Of a stretch of DNA of 64,000 nt, positions 27,569 to 36,613 are shown one piece after another. Made by a program: the position numbers and the translations under genes. Origin of the DNA: an uncultured Candidatus Saccharibacteria bacterium (GTDB lineage Bacteria > Patescibacteriota > WWE3 > 2-01-FULL-39-13); NCBI GenBank assembly GCA_964510925.1, contig CAZEDS010000001.1:27704-91703 (forward strand), in the 5' to 3' direction. The notes under the pieces are model-generated. The model ran no database searches and had not been told where the DNA came from. It worked only from the letters and a program-made list of their open reading frames with translations. How positions within the stretch are numbered: position 1 is the stretch's first letter; the number at the start of each line of letters is the position of its first letter.

Positions 27569-28438
27569 ATGTTGCTTTTTAAAGCTCGTGATCAATTTGT
27601 AAATTATTTAAAAACAAAAAAAAGAGCAGAGGCAACTCTGATTGCATACTCTAAAGATATACTACAGCTAGTAGAATACCTAGATAAAAACGGAGTCAAA
27701 GACTCAAAAAGTCTTAAAAAAGCTGATCTCGAAGATTTCTTAAAATATCTTGCAGAAAACGGATATACAAAAAAAACAATCTCTCGAAAAATAAATGCTA
27801 TAAAAACATTCTGCAAATATGTTTTGGAGCAAAACGAAATGAAAGAAGATCCAGCATCTTCAATAATGCACCCAAAACTTGAGCAAAATGCACCAAGGAT
27901 CCTAACCAGAATTGAATATCGAGCACTTAGAGATACCGTCAAAGATGACGTTCGTACAAAAGCTATCGTAGAAATACTTTTGCAAACAGGTATAAAAATA
28001 CATGAACTTGCAAACATGAAAATCACAGATATTACATTTACAGCAGAAAACCAACCAGGCATATTACATGTTAGAGCTTCGAGCTCAAGTGGCCCAAGAG
28101 AAATCCCACTAAACATGGCTGTACAAGACGCAATTAAAGAATATCTAAAAGAACGACCTCAATCAGATCTAGAAAATCTGTTTGTAACAAAAACAGGAAA
28201 ATCATTATTGATAAGAAATATCCGTGCAACACTTGACCGATATTTCAAACAAATAAATCTAAACGACATTACAGTAAATGATTTAAGACATACTTTTATT
28301 GCCGAGCATTTAGTAAGAGGTGCAAGTGTATTGCTTGTTTCTAAAATTGCTGGTCACAAAAGACTATCAACGACAGAAAACTATCTAAAATATATTGATA
28401 GAAAAGAATCAGGACTTGGAGTACTAGAAGAACTTTAA
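27569..28438 (+). CDS. xerC: tyrosine site-specific recombinase (XerC/XerD-like integrase)
   Basis: C-terminal catalytic region LRHTFIAEHLVRGASVLLVSKIAGHKRLSTTENYL (the R...HxxR...Y signature) and an N-terminal SAM-like domain. 289 aa. Confidence 0.85.
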   Translation: MLLFKARDQFVNYLKTKKRAEATLIAYSKDILQLVEYLDKNGVKDSKSLKKADLEDFLKYLAENGYTKKTISRKINAIKTFCKYVLEQNEMKEDPASSIMHPKLEQNAPRILTRIEYRALRDTVKDDVRTKAIVEILLQTGIKIHELANMKITDITFTAENQPGILHVRASSSSGPREIPLNMAVQDAIKEYLKERPQSDLENLFVTKTGKSLLIRNIRATLDRYFKQINLNDITVNDLRHTFIAEHLVRGASVLLVSKIAGHKRLSTTENYLKYIDRKESGLGVLEEL

Positions 28439-28439
28439 A

Positions 28440-28937
28440 TTACTTCTTAACGATTGGTGATAAATCTAATTTATCGCCAATTTTAAGACCAAGCTCTTTT
28501 GATTGTCCACCATTTAACTCAATAACATATTTAGCAGGTCTTATTCCAGGAATAACACTAGAACAAATAGCCGAAACTATATTGCTGCATGGTTGTGCAT
28601 TTTCTTTAATAAAAACAATTTCACCTGAGTCATTAATCCAAATCATATCTAATGCAATTTTTGTATCTTTCATCCAAAATGGATAAATACCACTGGAATC
28701 AAAAATAAAAAGCATTCCTTCATTAATTGGCATAAAAGACTTGTTCATCAAACCGATCGTGCGTTTTTCAGGTGTATCCGCAAGTTCTAGTTCATAAGTT
28801 TTTTCCGCAAGAACAAATGAAATCCTATTTTTTGCACTGTTATCTTTTGGTGTATTAATTAACAAAAATTTAGATATAACAAAAACCAAAAGTATAAATA
28901 AAAATGCATAACCAACCCACATTAAAATTGAAGACAT
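28440..28937 (-). CDS. DUF192 (COG1430) family secreted protein
   Basis: Signal anchor then ELELADTPEKRTIGLMNKSFMPINEGMLFIF...ALDMIWI, typical of DUF192. Start placed at the Met that abuts the upstream stop. Confidence 0.65.
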   Translation of the reverse strand: MSSILMWVGYAFLFILLVFVISKFLLINTPKDNSAKNRISFVLAEKTYELELADTPEKRTIGLMNKSFMPINEGMLFIFDSSGIYPFWMKDTKIALDMIWINDSGEIVFIKENAQPCSNIVSAICSSVIPGIRPAKYVIELNGGQSKELGLKIGDKLDLSPIVKK

Positions 28938-28938
28938 T

Positions 28939-30447
28939 TTAATAGAGCTCCTTGTATTTTGTTTCAAGGTATTTTTTCCATGCATCAGCATTAAAATTTT
29001 TACCTAATTGTTTACCAACTAATTCATTAAAAGTATAAGTTGAACCATACTGATGTATGTTAATTTTTAACCAATCTTTTATTTTAGAAAAACCTCCATC
29101 AGATAAAATTAAAGAATCAATAGAACCAAGTTCCGATTCGAGTTTTTCTTTCCACATAGCACTCAAAACAGTTCCTGTAGAATAAGTTGGAAAATAACCG
29201 ATCGACCCACCAGACCAATGAATATCCTGTAAGATACCAGTTCTAAAATCTGTAGGTTCAACACCAAGATATTCTTTGTATTTTGCATTCCAAACTTTTG
29301 GTGCATCACGAACAGTTATCTCTTTGTTAAGAAGCATTTGCTCCATTTCAAAACGTATCATTATATGAAAATGGTACGTAACCTCATCGGCTTCGACTCT
29401 AATCAAATCTGGGTTAACCCGATTAAAATAAAAATAAAAATCATCAACCGTATAATTTTTAAATTCTGGAGAGAGTTCTAAAAGATCAGCATAAATCAAT
29501 TTTAAAAATGGTTTTGACCGACAAACAAAATTTTCCCAAAATCGAGATTGAGATTCATGCAACCCCAAACTTTCAGCACCAACAATTGGTGAATACGCCA
29601 ACGCTGGATCACACTGAATTTCAAAAAGAGCATGACCATATTCATGCAAAGTTGCTGCAAGATTTTTACGTATATCTGCATCATGATACCAAGTGGTAAT
29701 TCTTGCATGTGAAGGTGGAAAACCTTGTGTAAATGGATGTGATGAAACATCCAAACGCAAAACATCATTACCGGTACCAAGCATATTTAAGATTTTTGAG
29801 TTCAAAGCCTCAAGTTTTGTACGATCATATTTAACAAGTTCCAATGGATGTTGTTTAATAAATTTTGGAGAAGCTTTTATATAAGCTAAAAGTTCTTTTA
29901 AAAAAGGCTTTATCGATTCAAAGTAATCTTTAATTTCTTGAGTCGTTAATCCGTATTCATAATCCTCAACCAAAGCATCATACTTATCATTCTTAAAACC
30001 TTTGTAATCAGCTTTGCGAATCGTAAGCTCAACAATTTTTTCTAAATGCGGAGCAAAATATTCAAAATCATTATTTAATTTTGCCTGAGACCAAGCAACC
30101 TGACTTTGAGTTACTTCACGGCTAAACTCTTCAACAAATTCTTTTGGAAATTTTTTGAATGAATCAATGGATTGTCCAACAACACGCAAAACAGCTTTTT
30201 CAGAATCGTTCAAATCAGATTGAGATTTTGCTGATTCATAAAGCTCTAAAAATTTATTATTCAAATAAAAACTTTGAATCAACGACGCAGCTTTAGACAA
30301 TGCTTCACCCTGATCTGATGCACCATTTTTTGGCATACAAACCTCAATATCCCAACCTGCAAGATTACTCAAATAACTTAACGCCCAAATATTTTTATAT
30401 TCAGAAACAAGTTCAATGATTTTTTGGTTTTGAAATGGATTAGTCAT
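28939..30447 (-). CDS. M32 family metallocarboxypeptidase (carboxypeptidase Taq-like)
   Basis: HEXXH zinc motif (HEYGH) and M32 signature HESQSRFWEN. 502 aa. Confidence 0.85.
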   Translation of the reverse strand: MTNPFQNQKIIELVSEYKNIWALSYLSNLAGWDIEVCMPKNGASDQGEALSKAASLIQSFYLNNKFLELYESAKSQSDLNDSEKAVLRVVGQSIDSFKKFPKEFVEEFSREVTQSQVAWSQAKLNNDFEYFAPHLEKIVELTIRKADYKGFKNDKYDALVEDYEYGLTTQEIKDYFESIKPFLKELLAYIKASPKFIKQHPLELVKYDRTKLEALNSKILNMLGTGNDVLRLDVSSHPFTQGFPPSHARITTWYHDADIRKNLAATLHEYGHALFEIQCDPALAYSPIVGAESLGLHESQSRFWENFVCRSKPFLKLIYADLLELSPEFKNYTVDDFYFYFNRVNPDLIRVEADEVTYHFHIMIRFEMEQMLLNKEITVRDAPKVWNAKYKEYLGVEPTDFRTGILQDIHWSGGSIGYFPTYSTGTVLSAMWKEKLESELGSIDSLILSDGGFSKIKDWLKINIHQYGSTYTFNELVGKQLGKNFNADAWKKYLETKYKELY

Positions 30448-30495
30448 GTACTAATTATAAAACATTTAAATCAGCAATGACTCACAAAGCACAAC

Positions 30496-30825
30496 TTAAA
30501 TAAATCTTAAGAAATAAATAACAATGGGGATATATACATAACTAGTTTCTTTGATTAAACGCACCCTAGAATTATTAATTGGATATCTTTTTTCAATAAA
30601 CGAAAAATAAAGAATAGGTTCTAGCCAAAACCAAACGAGTGAATAAAACACACTCATCAACATTACAAAAAAATGCCCAAAAGGAAAAATAACATAAAGC
30701 GGCAAAGATAAAATAAATCCAGCAGTTTCAAATTTGAAAACCTCCGCTAAATGCAAAAAAAGATACCAAATAGCAAAAACTTGTGGAGCACTAATAAGTG
30801 CGTATACAAAACCTTTAAAAAACAT
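30496..30825 (-). CDS. small membrane protein (hypothetical)
   Basis: 109 aa, three TM segments. Confidence 0.5.
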   Translation of the reverse strand: MFFKGFVYALISAPQVFAIWYLFLHLAEVFKFETAGFILSLPLYVIFPFGHFFVMLMSVFYSLVWFWLEPILYFSFIEKRYPINNSRVRLIKETSYVYIPIVIYFLRFI

Positions 30826-30830
30826 ACAAA

Positions 30831-31001
30831 TTATTTTTTTAAATTATCAGCTTGAGCTTTAGCAAAAAAATATCCAATCATAAAGCCAGTAGGCATCGAG
30901 ATAACGGCAGTTGCTTTAGCATCCAATGAAAATACTGACAAAGCACCAACTAAAAGCATTCCCAATACAATACTTATTTGCATTTTTGTTTGATTATTCA
31001 T
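30831..31001 (-). CDS. very small membrane protein (56 aa, 2 TM) candidate
   Basis: Uninterrupted ORF MNNQTKMQISIVLGMLLVGAL..., below the track threshold, directly downstream of the previous gene. Confidence 0.3.
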   Translation of the reverse strand: MNNQTKMQISIVLGMLLVGALSVFSLDAKATAVISMPTGFMIGYFFAKAQADNLKK

Positions 31002-31055
31002 GTGACAATTTTAACAAAAAAGTAGTGAAGAGTGTTGAATGAAGTGTAGACCTGA

Positions 31056-31634
31056 CTATCTTGAAATATCAGCGAGTGAATCGTTCCTAAACTCTACCTC
31101 AACTAAATTTATAAATGCTGTTTTAAAAAACTTAGATCCGTTCAAATCAATTTCTTTATCGATTGGAAAATCGCTTGCTTTGAATTTATTCAAAAACGCA
31201 TCATAATCTTTTACTTCAAATGCTATGTGTTCAATACCTGGTTTTAACTTTCTTATATCTGCACCTGGCTTTGGTTCAAATATTTCAATTAGATCAATCT
31301 GTATATTTTTATATTTTAGAGGAGTATTTAATTTATAGATGTTATTACGCCGATTATGAATTAATCCTGCATGAATAATTTTACTGTAAGCAGATAAAAG
31401 TTTATCGATGGTATCAAATTCCTGTGTGGATAAAACTTGGACACCAAGATGATCTCCTTTAAAGATATTCTCTGAAAGGTCTATGCTAAATTTTTGAAGA
31501 AAATTTTCTACGAGAGGTAAATAAACGTTTGCAAAACTTTCTAAATCAGTATAGCTATTTAATGAAAAATATTGGTTTAACATAAAAAAATTATATATCA
31601 ATTTTTTATGGTGCACCCTAAAGAATACACTCAA
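31056..31634 (-). CDS. VOC (glyoxalase/bleomycin-resistance/dioxygenase) superfamily protein
   Basis: IEHIAFEVKD-type beta-alpha-beta-beta-beta module. 192 aa. Confidence 0.5.
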   Translation of the reverse strand: MSVFFRVHHKKLIYNFFMLNQYFSLNSYTDLESFANVYLPLVENFLQKFSIDLSENIFKGDHLGVQVLSTQEFDTIDKLLSAYSKIIHAGLIHNRRNNIYKLNTPLKYKNIQIDLIEIFEPKPGADIRKLKPGIEHIAFEVKDYDAFLNKFKASDFPIDKEIDLNGSKFFKTAFINLVEVEFRNDSLADISR

Positions 31635-31671
31635 ATTTGTAACTTTTCGCTTTGCTCAAAGACAAATTTGG

Positions 31672-31746
31672 TGGGCAGACCTGGACTCGAACCAGGAACC
31701 TCCAAGGTATAAGCTTGGTGCTGCTAACCAGTTGAGCTATCTGCCC
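31672..31746 (-). tRNA. tRNA-Ile (anticodon TAT, reads AUA)
   Basis: Anticodon stem CCAAG/CTTGG, loop CTTATAC, T-loop GGTTCGAGTCC, encoded CCA. Confidence 0.8.
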
Positions 31747-31902
31747 TTAAAGAGAATTTCTAATCTTAAAGGTCTAGCATCGGGATTAATTGAAGGTGTA
31801 CCCAACTGAACCAAGCATGAGTATTCTATCATTATCATTGAATTTATTGAAGATTTTAAAGAAGTAACCAGAAGTACAATTAAAGTTCACGTTAGTTTTG
31901 AA

Positions 31903-31980
31903 AATTTTTCTGAGGTTAGCTTGAGATTCCGTAGAGTAGCTCAAGCGTAGACTTTTGATTCTGCAAAGCAGAACAAAAGC
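31903..31980. repeat. two-hairpin conserved motif, copy B (3' of the 32016..33110 gene, 5' of tRNA-Ile)
   Basis: GCTTGAG-ATTCCGTAGAGTA-GCTCAAGC (AA/TT swapped relative to copy A, maintaining pairing), then CTTTTGATTCTGC-AAA-GCAGAACAAAAG. Confidence 0.6.
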
Positions 31981-32015
31981 CTAACCGAAGCAAATTTGAA
32001 AAACTAAAGCGAACT

Positions 32016-33110
32016 TTAATCTACAATCTCAATCTGCACACCACTTGCGGCCTTTCGCAGGATCATATTATTAAAATCTGAAGTTAATAAAATTTTGGAT
32101 AAGCCAGAATAGCTAAAATGAGCAGAAAACCACTCAACATATGCTGTCCAAGCTGGTTTTGATTTTGTACTTACAAAAACCCTCGCCAAAGCTATTCCAG
32201 CAGCTTTATCATCAGATGCCGAATACAATGCAGATTTCTCCAAATTAGGCAGATTACCTTCTGATAACTCAACCATTCGATCTAAAAATTCTTTTGAGCT
32301 TCCCACTAAAAAGTAATACTTATCATCTTTATACTTGATCAATTTAGTTGTCACCTTCGAATAATCATATACTGCACCCTTTGGCTTAACTTTTAATGCT
32401 TTATATTTGTCTAACAAAACAATTTTTTCATCCACAAATTTCTTATTTTTAGTAACAGTTATTAAACCCCAATTTTTAAGATCATCCTGAAAAATCATCG
32501 AAAACTTATTTTCAAAATAAACATCAATGTCATCATCCTTAAAATCAAATGATTTTTTAGCATCATCAACAATCTTTTTTTCTAAAAAGTTATTAATATA
32601 TTTACTTAAGCCAAAAAGCTCTATAAATAGATTTTCATCCGCACTAGCAAACTTTGCATAATTAATTGAATCTAAACTACCTTCTGATAACTTTGGATCA
32701 AAATCAATCGTTTTGATATTAGATTTAATCTCTACACTATTAAATTCACCTTTTTGTGCTGTTTTCGCACCCAATATTACTGGAGAGGTCCAAATTTTTG
32801 GAGTTTTATTCGCATACCAAAATCCGCCCGCTAAAATACCTATCCACAAAATTGATAAAAATATAAGAAAAAACACTTTTACCATGTTTCCTTTTTTTGT
32901 ACGCTGTTTTTTTGCGTTAGACGCAATACTATTATCAGCAGGTTGAAATAGACTTGTTATTGATGACATATTTGGATTTAGCAAACTACTGCTCTCAATT
33001 TTTTCATTTAGGGAATTCTTACGATCAATAATCCCGCAATTCAAACAATAGGAGCCCAACACCGGTTTCCCACACTTTATACAATTTATACCAGATTGAA
33101 ATTTCTCCAT
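32016..33110 (-). CDS. hypothetical membrane protein with N-terminal zinc-ribbon (CxxC...CxxC)
   Basis: CIKCGKPVLGSYCLNCG at the N-terminus, one TM, then a 270-aa extracytoplasmic domain. Confidence 0.5.
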   Translation of the reverse strand: MEKFQSGINCIKCGKPVLGSYCLNCGIIDRKNSLNEKIESSSLLNPNMSSITSLFQPADNSIASNAKKQRTKKGNMVKVFFLIFLSILWIGILAGGFWYANKTPKIWTSPVILGAKTAQKGEFNSVEIKSNIKTIDFDPKLSEGSLDSINYAKFASADENLFIELFGLSKYINNFLEKKIVDDAKKSFDFKDDDIDVYFENKFSMIFQDDLKNWGLITVTKNKKFVDEKIVLLDKYKALKVKPKGAVYDYSKVTTKLIKYKDDKYYFLVGSSKEFLDRMVELSEGNLPNLEKSALYSASDDKAAGIALARVFVSTKSKPAWTAYVEWFSAHFSYSGLSKILLTSDFNNMILRKAASGVQIEIVD

Positions 33111-33268
33111 GAAGCTATTCTTTAACTTATTGCTAAAAAGGTCAACCTATCGCTTTAGCAATAATTTGAAAAGCTAACAATTCTCGACAAAACCAATGAC
33201 TCAATTTAAAAATTTAAAGTCAATCTGCGAGACGCTTTTCAAATTATTCCCTCAGCGATAGTAAAATT

Positions 33269-35401
33269 CTACCTATGGAATTCTTGACTTTGTTCAAGTG
33301 CTTTCTTAGAAACGCTAACTTTTCCATTTTCAACGCCAATGACTTTTACTTTAAAACGGTCACCCATTTTTACGTAATCATTAACATCTTTTACAAAAGT
33401 ATTTGCGAGTTCAGAAACATGCAACAAACCATCTTTTGTATGATTAAGTTTTACGAATGCACCATATGCTTCAATTCGATTTACTTCACCTTCGAAAATA
33501 TCGCCAACTTTTATGTCTTGAACAATAGATAAAACCCATTCTTCTGCAGCTGCAATGGCCTTAGGATCGATTGCACTGATAGAAACCATTGCTTTTCCTT
33601 CCATTTCGGTAATATCAAGCTCTGCACCGGTAGTTTCAACAATATCTTTAATCATAGAACCACCAGAACCAATAACCATACCAACCTTATCTGGATCAAT
33701 AAATACAACTTTAATCTTTGGAGCATATTGGCTAACTTCCGTTCTTGGTGCAGAAATTGCTGAATCCATGACATCCAAAACTTTTTGTCTAGCGATAAAT
33801 GATCTTTCAAAAATCACATCTAATAAATCCAAAGGAATTCCTTGTAGTTTTAATTCAAGTTGAATAGCGGTCATTCCTGCCCTTGTACCTGTCAACTTAA
33901 AGTCCATGTAACCAGCAAAATCTTCTTCACCGATAATATCTGTTAAAACAATAAAATCACCCAACGATGGATTTTCAATCGATTTATCAACAAACAAGCC
34001 AATTCCGATTCCTCCAACATGTGAAGAAATAGGAACTCCTGCATCCATCAAAGCTAAAGATGAACCACAAGCAGCCGCCATTGAAGTCGAACCATTTGAT
34101 GACAAAATTTCTGAAACAACCCTAATTGTATATGGGAAATCTTCTTCTTTTGGCAAAACAGCCAACAAGGCTTTTTCTGCTAAAACGCCGTGACCAATTG
34201 CTCTTCGATTTGCTCCACCAACATTACCTGTTTCACCAGTTGAATATGGAGGGAAATTATAATTGTGAATATAACGTTTTTCAGTATCGCCTTCCATTCC
34301 TTGTCCAATTTGTTTATATTGACCAGAAGCCAAAGTACAAAAGGTAAGTGATTGAGTTAGACCTCTTGTGAACAAACCTGTACCATGAACTCTTGGAATA
34401 TAATTTACAATGGCATCCAGATTTCTAATTGTTTCAAAATCTCGTCCATCAATACGCTTTTTATCTTTAACAACAAAATAACGGATTAATTCTTTATCAA
34501 TTTCATCCATCAAAATTCCTAATTGTGTCACAGAATATTTTTCTGCAAATTCAACTTTTAATTTTTCAATAATTGAAGATCTTAAAGCTTTCCATTCTGG
34601 GCTCTTGTAAACGACTCCAGAATTTAATGCACCATGCAATTCATCCCAAACTTTAGATTTAAATTCAGAAACACTATCTTTATTAATCCAAGATGGTTTA
34701 TAAGCTTTTACAGGAACATTTGCTTCAGCGGCAAAATCCTTTGCAATCTTAAAAATCGCAGGAATTACTTTTGAACCTTCTTTAATTGCGGCAACCACTT
34801 CTTTTTCAGGAACAATATGTCCATGAGCTTCAATTGCTTGAACCTTTGAACCATCGTCCAAATAAGAAACAATCATGTCTAAATCTTCACCAGCAGATTC
34901 ATGATGAAAACCAGATTTAACAACACCATTTGCTCTACTAATTCTAATTGCAGCAGCTGGACCCTTAAATGGCATTCCACTAACGCTAAAAGCTGCAGTA
35001 GCGGCTAAAAAAGCAACTAATGCTGGGTCATTTACTTTATCGATTGAAAAAACAGTCAAAACTAATTGCGTATCATTAACAAAATCTTTTGGAAACAATG
35101 GTCTCAAAGCATGGTCAATTAATCTGCCGCTAATAACTGCATCGTCATTTGGTTTTCCTTCTCGTCTTGAATAACGAGTACCACCAATAACTCCACCAGC
35201 ATAATAACGCTCTTCATAATCAATCTTTAAAGGAAAAAAATCCAAAGGCTCAGATGGTTCTTTTGAAACAACTGTTGCTAAAACACTAGTTTCGCCAACC
35301 GTTGCTAGAACTGCAGCATCAGATTGCATTGCAATCTCACCCATTTGTAACACTACTTTTTGACCGAAAAAATCGGCTTCATGCTTTATTTTTTTTAACA
35401 T
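33269..35401 (-). CDS. pnp: polynucleotide phosphorylase (PNPase)
   Basis: Two RNase PH-like domains plus KH and S1 domains at the C-terminus (GEVNRIEAYGAFVKL). 710 aa, downstream of rpsO. Confidence 0.9.
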   Translation of the reverse strand: MLKKIKHEADFFGQKVVLQMGEIAMQSDAAVLATVGETSVLATVVSKEPSEPLDFFPLKIDYEERYYAGGVIGGTRYSRREGKPNDDAVISGRLIDHALRPLFPKDFVNDTQLVLTVFSIDKVNDPALVAFLAATAAFSVSGMPFKGPAAAIRISRANGVVKSGFHHESAGEDLDMIVSYLDDGSKVQAIEAHGHIVPEKEVVAAIKEGSKVIPAIFKIAKDFAAEANVPVKAYKPSWINKDSVSEFKSKVWDELHGALNSGVVYKSPEWKALRSSIIEKLKVEFAEKYSVTQLGILMDEIDKELIRYFVVKDKKRIDGRDFETIRNLDAIVNYIPRVHGTGLFTRGLTQSLTFCTLASGQYKQIGQGMEGDTEKRYIHNYNFPPYSTGETGNVGGANRRAIGHGVLAEKALLAVLPKEEDFPYTIRVVSEILSSNGSTSMAAACGSSLALMDAGVPISSHVGGIGIGLFVDKSIENPSLGDFIVLTDIIGEEDFAGYMDFKLTGTRAGMTAIQLELKLQGIPLDLLDVIFERSFIARQKVLDVMDSAISAPRTEVSQYAPKIKVVFIDPDKVGMVIGSGGSMIKDIVETTGAELDITEMEGKAMVSISAIDPKAIAAAEEWVLSIVQDIKVGDIFEGEVNRIEAYGAFVKLNHTKDGLLHVSELANTFVKDVNDYVKMGDRFKVKVIGVENGKVSVSKKALEQSQEFHR

Positions 35402-35531
35402 TTTTTATTTTTGTGGAGAACGGAATCAAACCTGCGGATGTTGCTGCCCAAAATCAACTGGCAACTCGTAATCGAATAACTAGCGATAAAGTCGCCACAT
35501 ACTCAACTACGAATTAGCCGCGAAAGATTAA

Positions 35532-35801
35532 TTACTCTCCAATTTTTAACTTTTTTACTAACTCTTCGTAAACCAAAACGTTTTTAGTCTTAAGATAATT
35601 TAGGAGCTTTCTTCGTTGATTAACAATTCTCAATAAGCCTCTTTTTGAAGCATTATCTTTTTTGTGTAACTTTAGGTGTCCTTGTAGATATGTGATTCTT
35701 TCTGAAAGTAATGCGACTTGCACATCAGCAGAACCGGTATCTATTTCGGATCTTTGAAACTTTTTTATTACTTTTTCTTTTGTCTTTTTTTCTAGTGCCA
35801 T
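35532..35801 (-). CDS. rpsO: 30S ribosomal protein S15
   Basis: [41 protein letters not shown]. Start trimmed to the internal Met (MALEKK...) to give the normal 89 aa. Confidence 0.85.
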   Translation of the reverse strand: MALEKKTKEKVIKKFQRSEIDTGSADVQVALLSERITYLQGHLKLHKKDNASKRGLLRIVNQRRKLLNYLKTKNVLVYEELVKKLKIGE

Positions 35802-35874
35802 AATTAAAACTTCAGTGATTTTAACAAGACTATTCACTTTACGCAATCAGATGAATTTTTTTGTGACGGAAAAC

Positions 35875-36579
35875 TCAATTATTAACTGCGGACTTCATTA
35901 GCCCAACCAACAAACTTTTGCTAACTTCGTTATCTGGGACATAATTCCATTCCGCAAATTTTGAAAAAAGCATAGCAGATAAGCTCTGTGCCTCACTATT
36001 AACTACATTAATTCGACCAAAATTTTGGTTATTCTTTGAATTATCAAAATTTATGATCGTAGCGTTATCAAATGTTTCGCGATTTTTAGCATATAAATCG
36101 CCTAATTCATTCAAATCTGAAGCTCCAATTACGATTATTAAATCATAATTAGGTCCAACAATAGCAAAACTTATTCGTCGTGTATCAAAATTGCGCTCAA
36201 CAGGCTTAATCTCCATTACAAGGCGTGAATTCTCTTCATCCCGTGCATGTGTTACTTTTTCAATAATCGTGTCTTTATAATCCAATGTAAGCTTTAAAGT
36301 CATTGGGTCCAATTCTTCCTTTATCTCGTACAAAGTTAACAATTCTGGATCAACATTCCCAAAATCACCGCTATATACCAATGTTGGAACTTTATTAAAA
36401 ACCTTTGTTATATATTTTGCTAAAGAAATACCACTAGCTAAAGAATCGCTTCCATTATTATGGCAAACGATCAACGGAGTGGTTGATTTCTCTAAAAAAT
36501 CCTTTATATAATCCTGCTTTTTATCTACTTGCATAATACTTTTGATTTGCCTTACTGGGAAATCCGACAAGTGTAGCAA
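35875..36579 (-). CDS. DHH-family phosphoesterase (NrnA-like, short)
   Basis: DHH motif II-like CHNNGSDSLASGISLA. 234 aa, sitting where rbfA/truB usually lie between infB and rpsO. Confidence 0.55.
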   Translation of the reverse strand: MLHLSDFPVRQIKSIMQVDKKQDYIKDFLEKSTTPLIVCHNNGSDSLASGISLAKYITKVFNKVPTLVYSGDFGNVDPELLTLYEIKEELDPMTLKLTLDYKDTIIEKVTHARDEENSRLVMEIKPVERNFDTRRISFAIVGPNYDLIIVIGASDLNELGDLYAKNRETFDNATIINFDNSKNNQNFGRINVVNSEAQSLSAMLFSKFAEWNYVPDNEVSKSLLVGLMKSAVNN

Positions 36580-36613
36580 ATATTATAGGTCAATGCAAGA
36601 AATATAGAAAAGA

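Noticed and set aside
31780-31850. Segment resembling a tRNA 3' half (GGTGTACCCAACTGAACC), a possible pseudo-tRNA next to tRNA-Ile
   Set aside because: No complete cloverleaf could be folded on either strand. It is only partly similar to the tRNA-Arg 3' end.
33140-33175. 8-bp inverted repeat TTGCTAAA...TTTAGCAA between the pnp 3' end and the next gene
   Set aside because: It has a long 16-nt loop and no adjacent U-run on either strand. It was not reported as a terminator.
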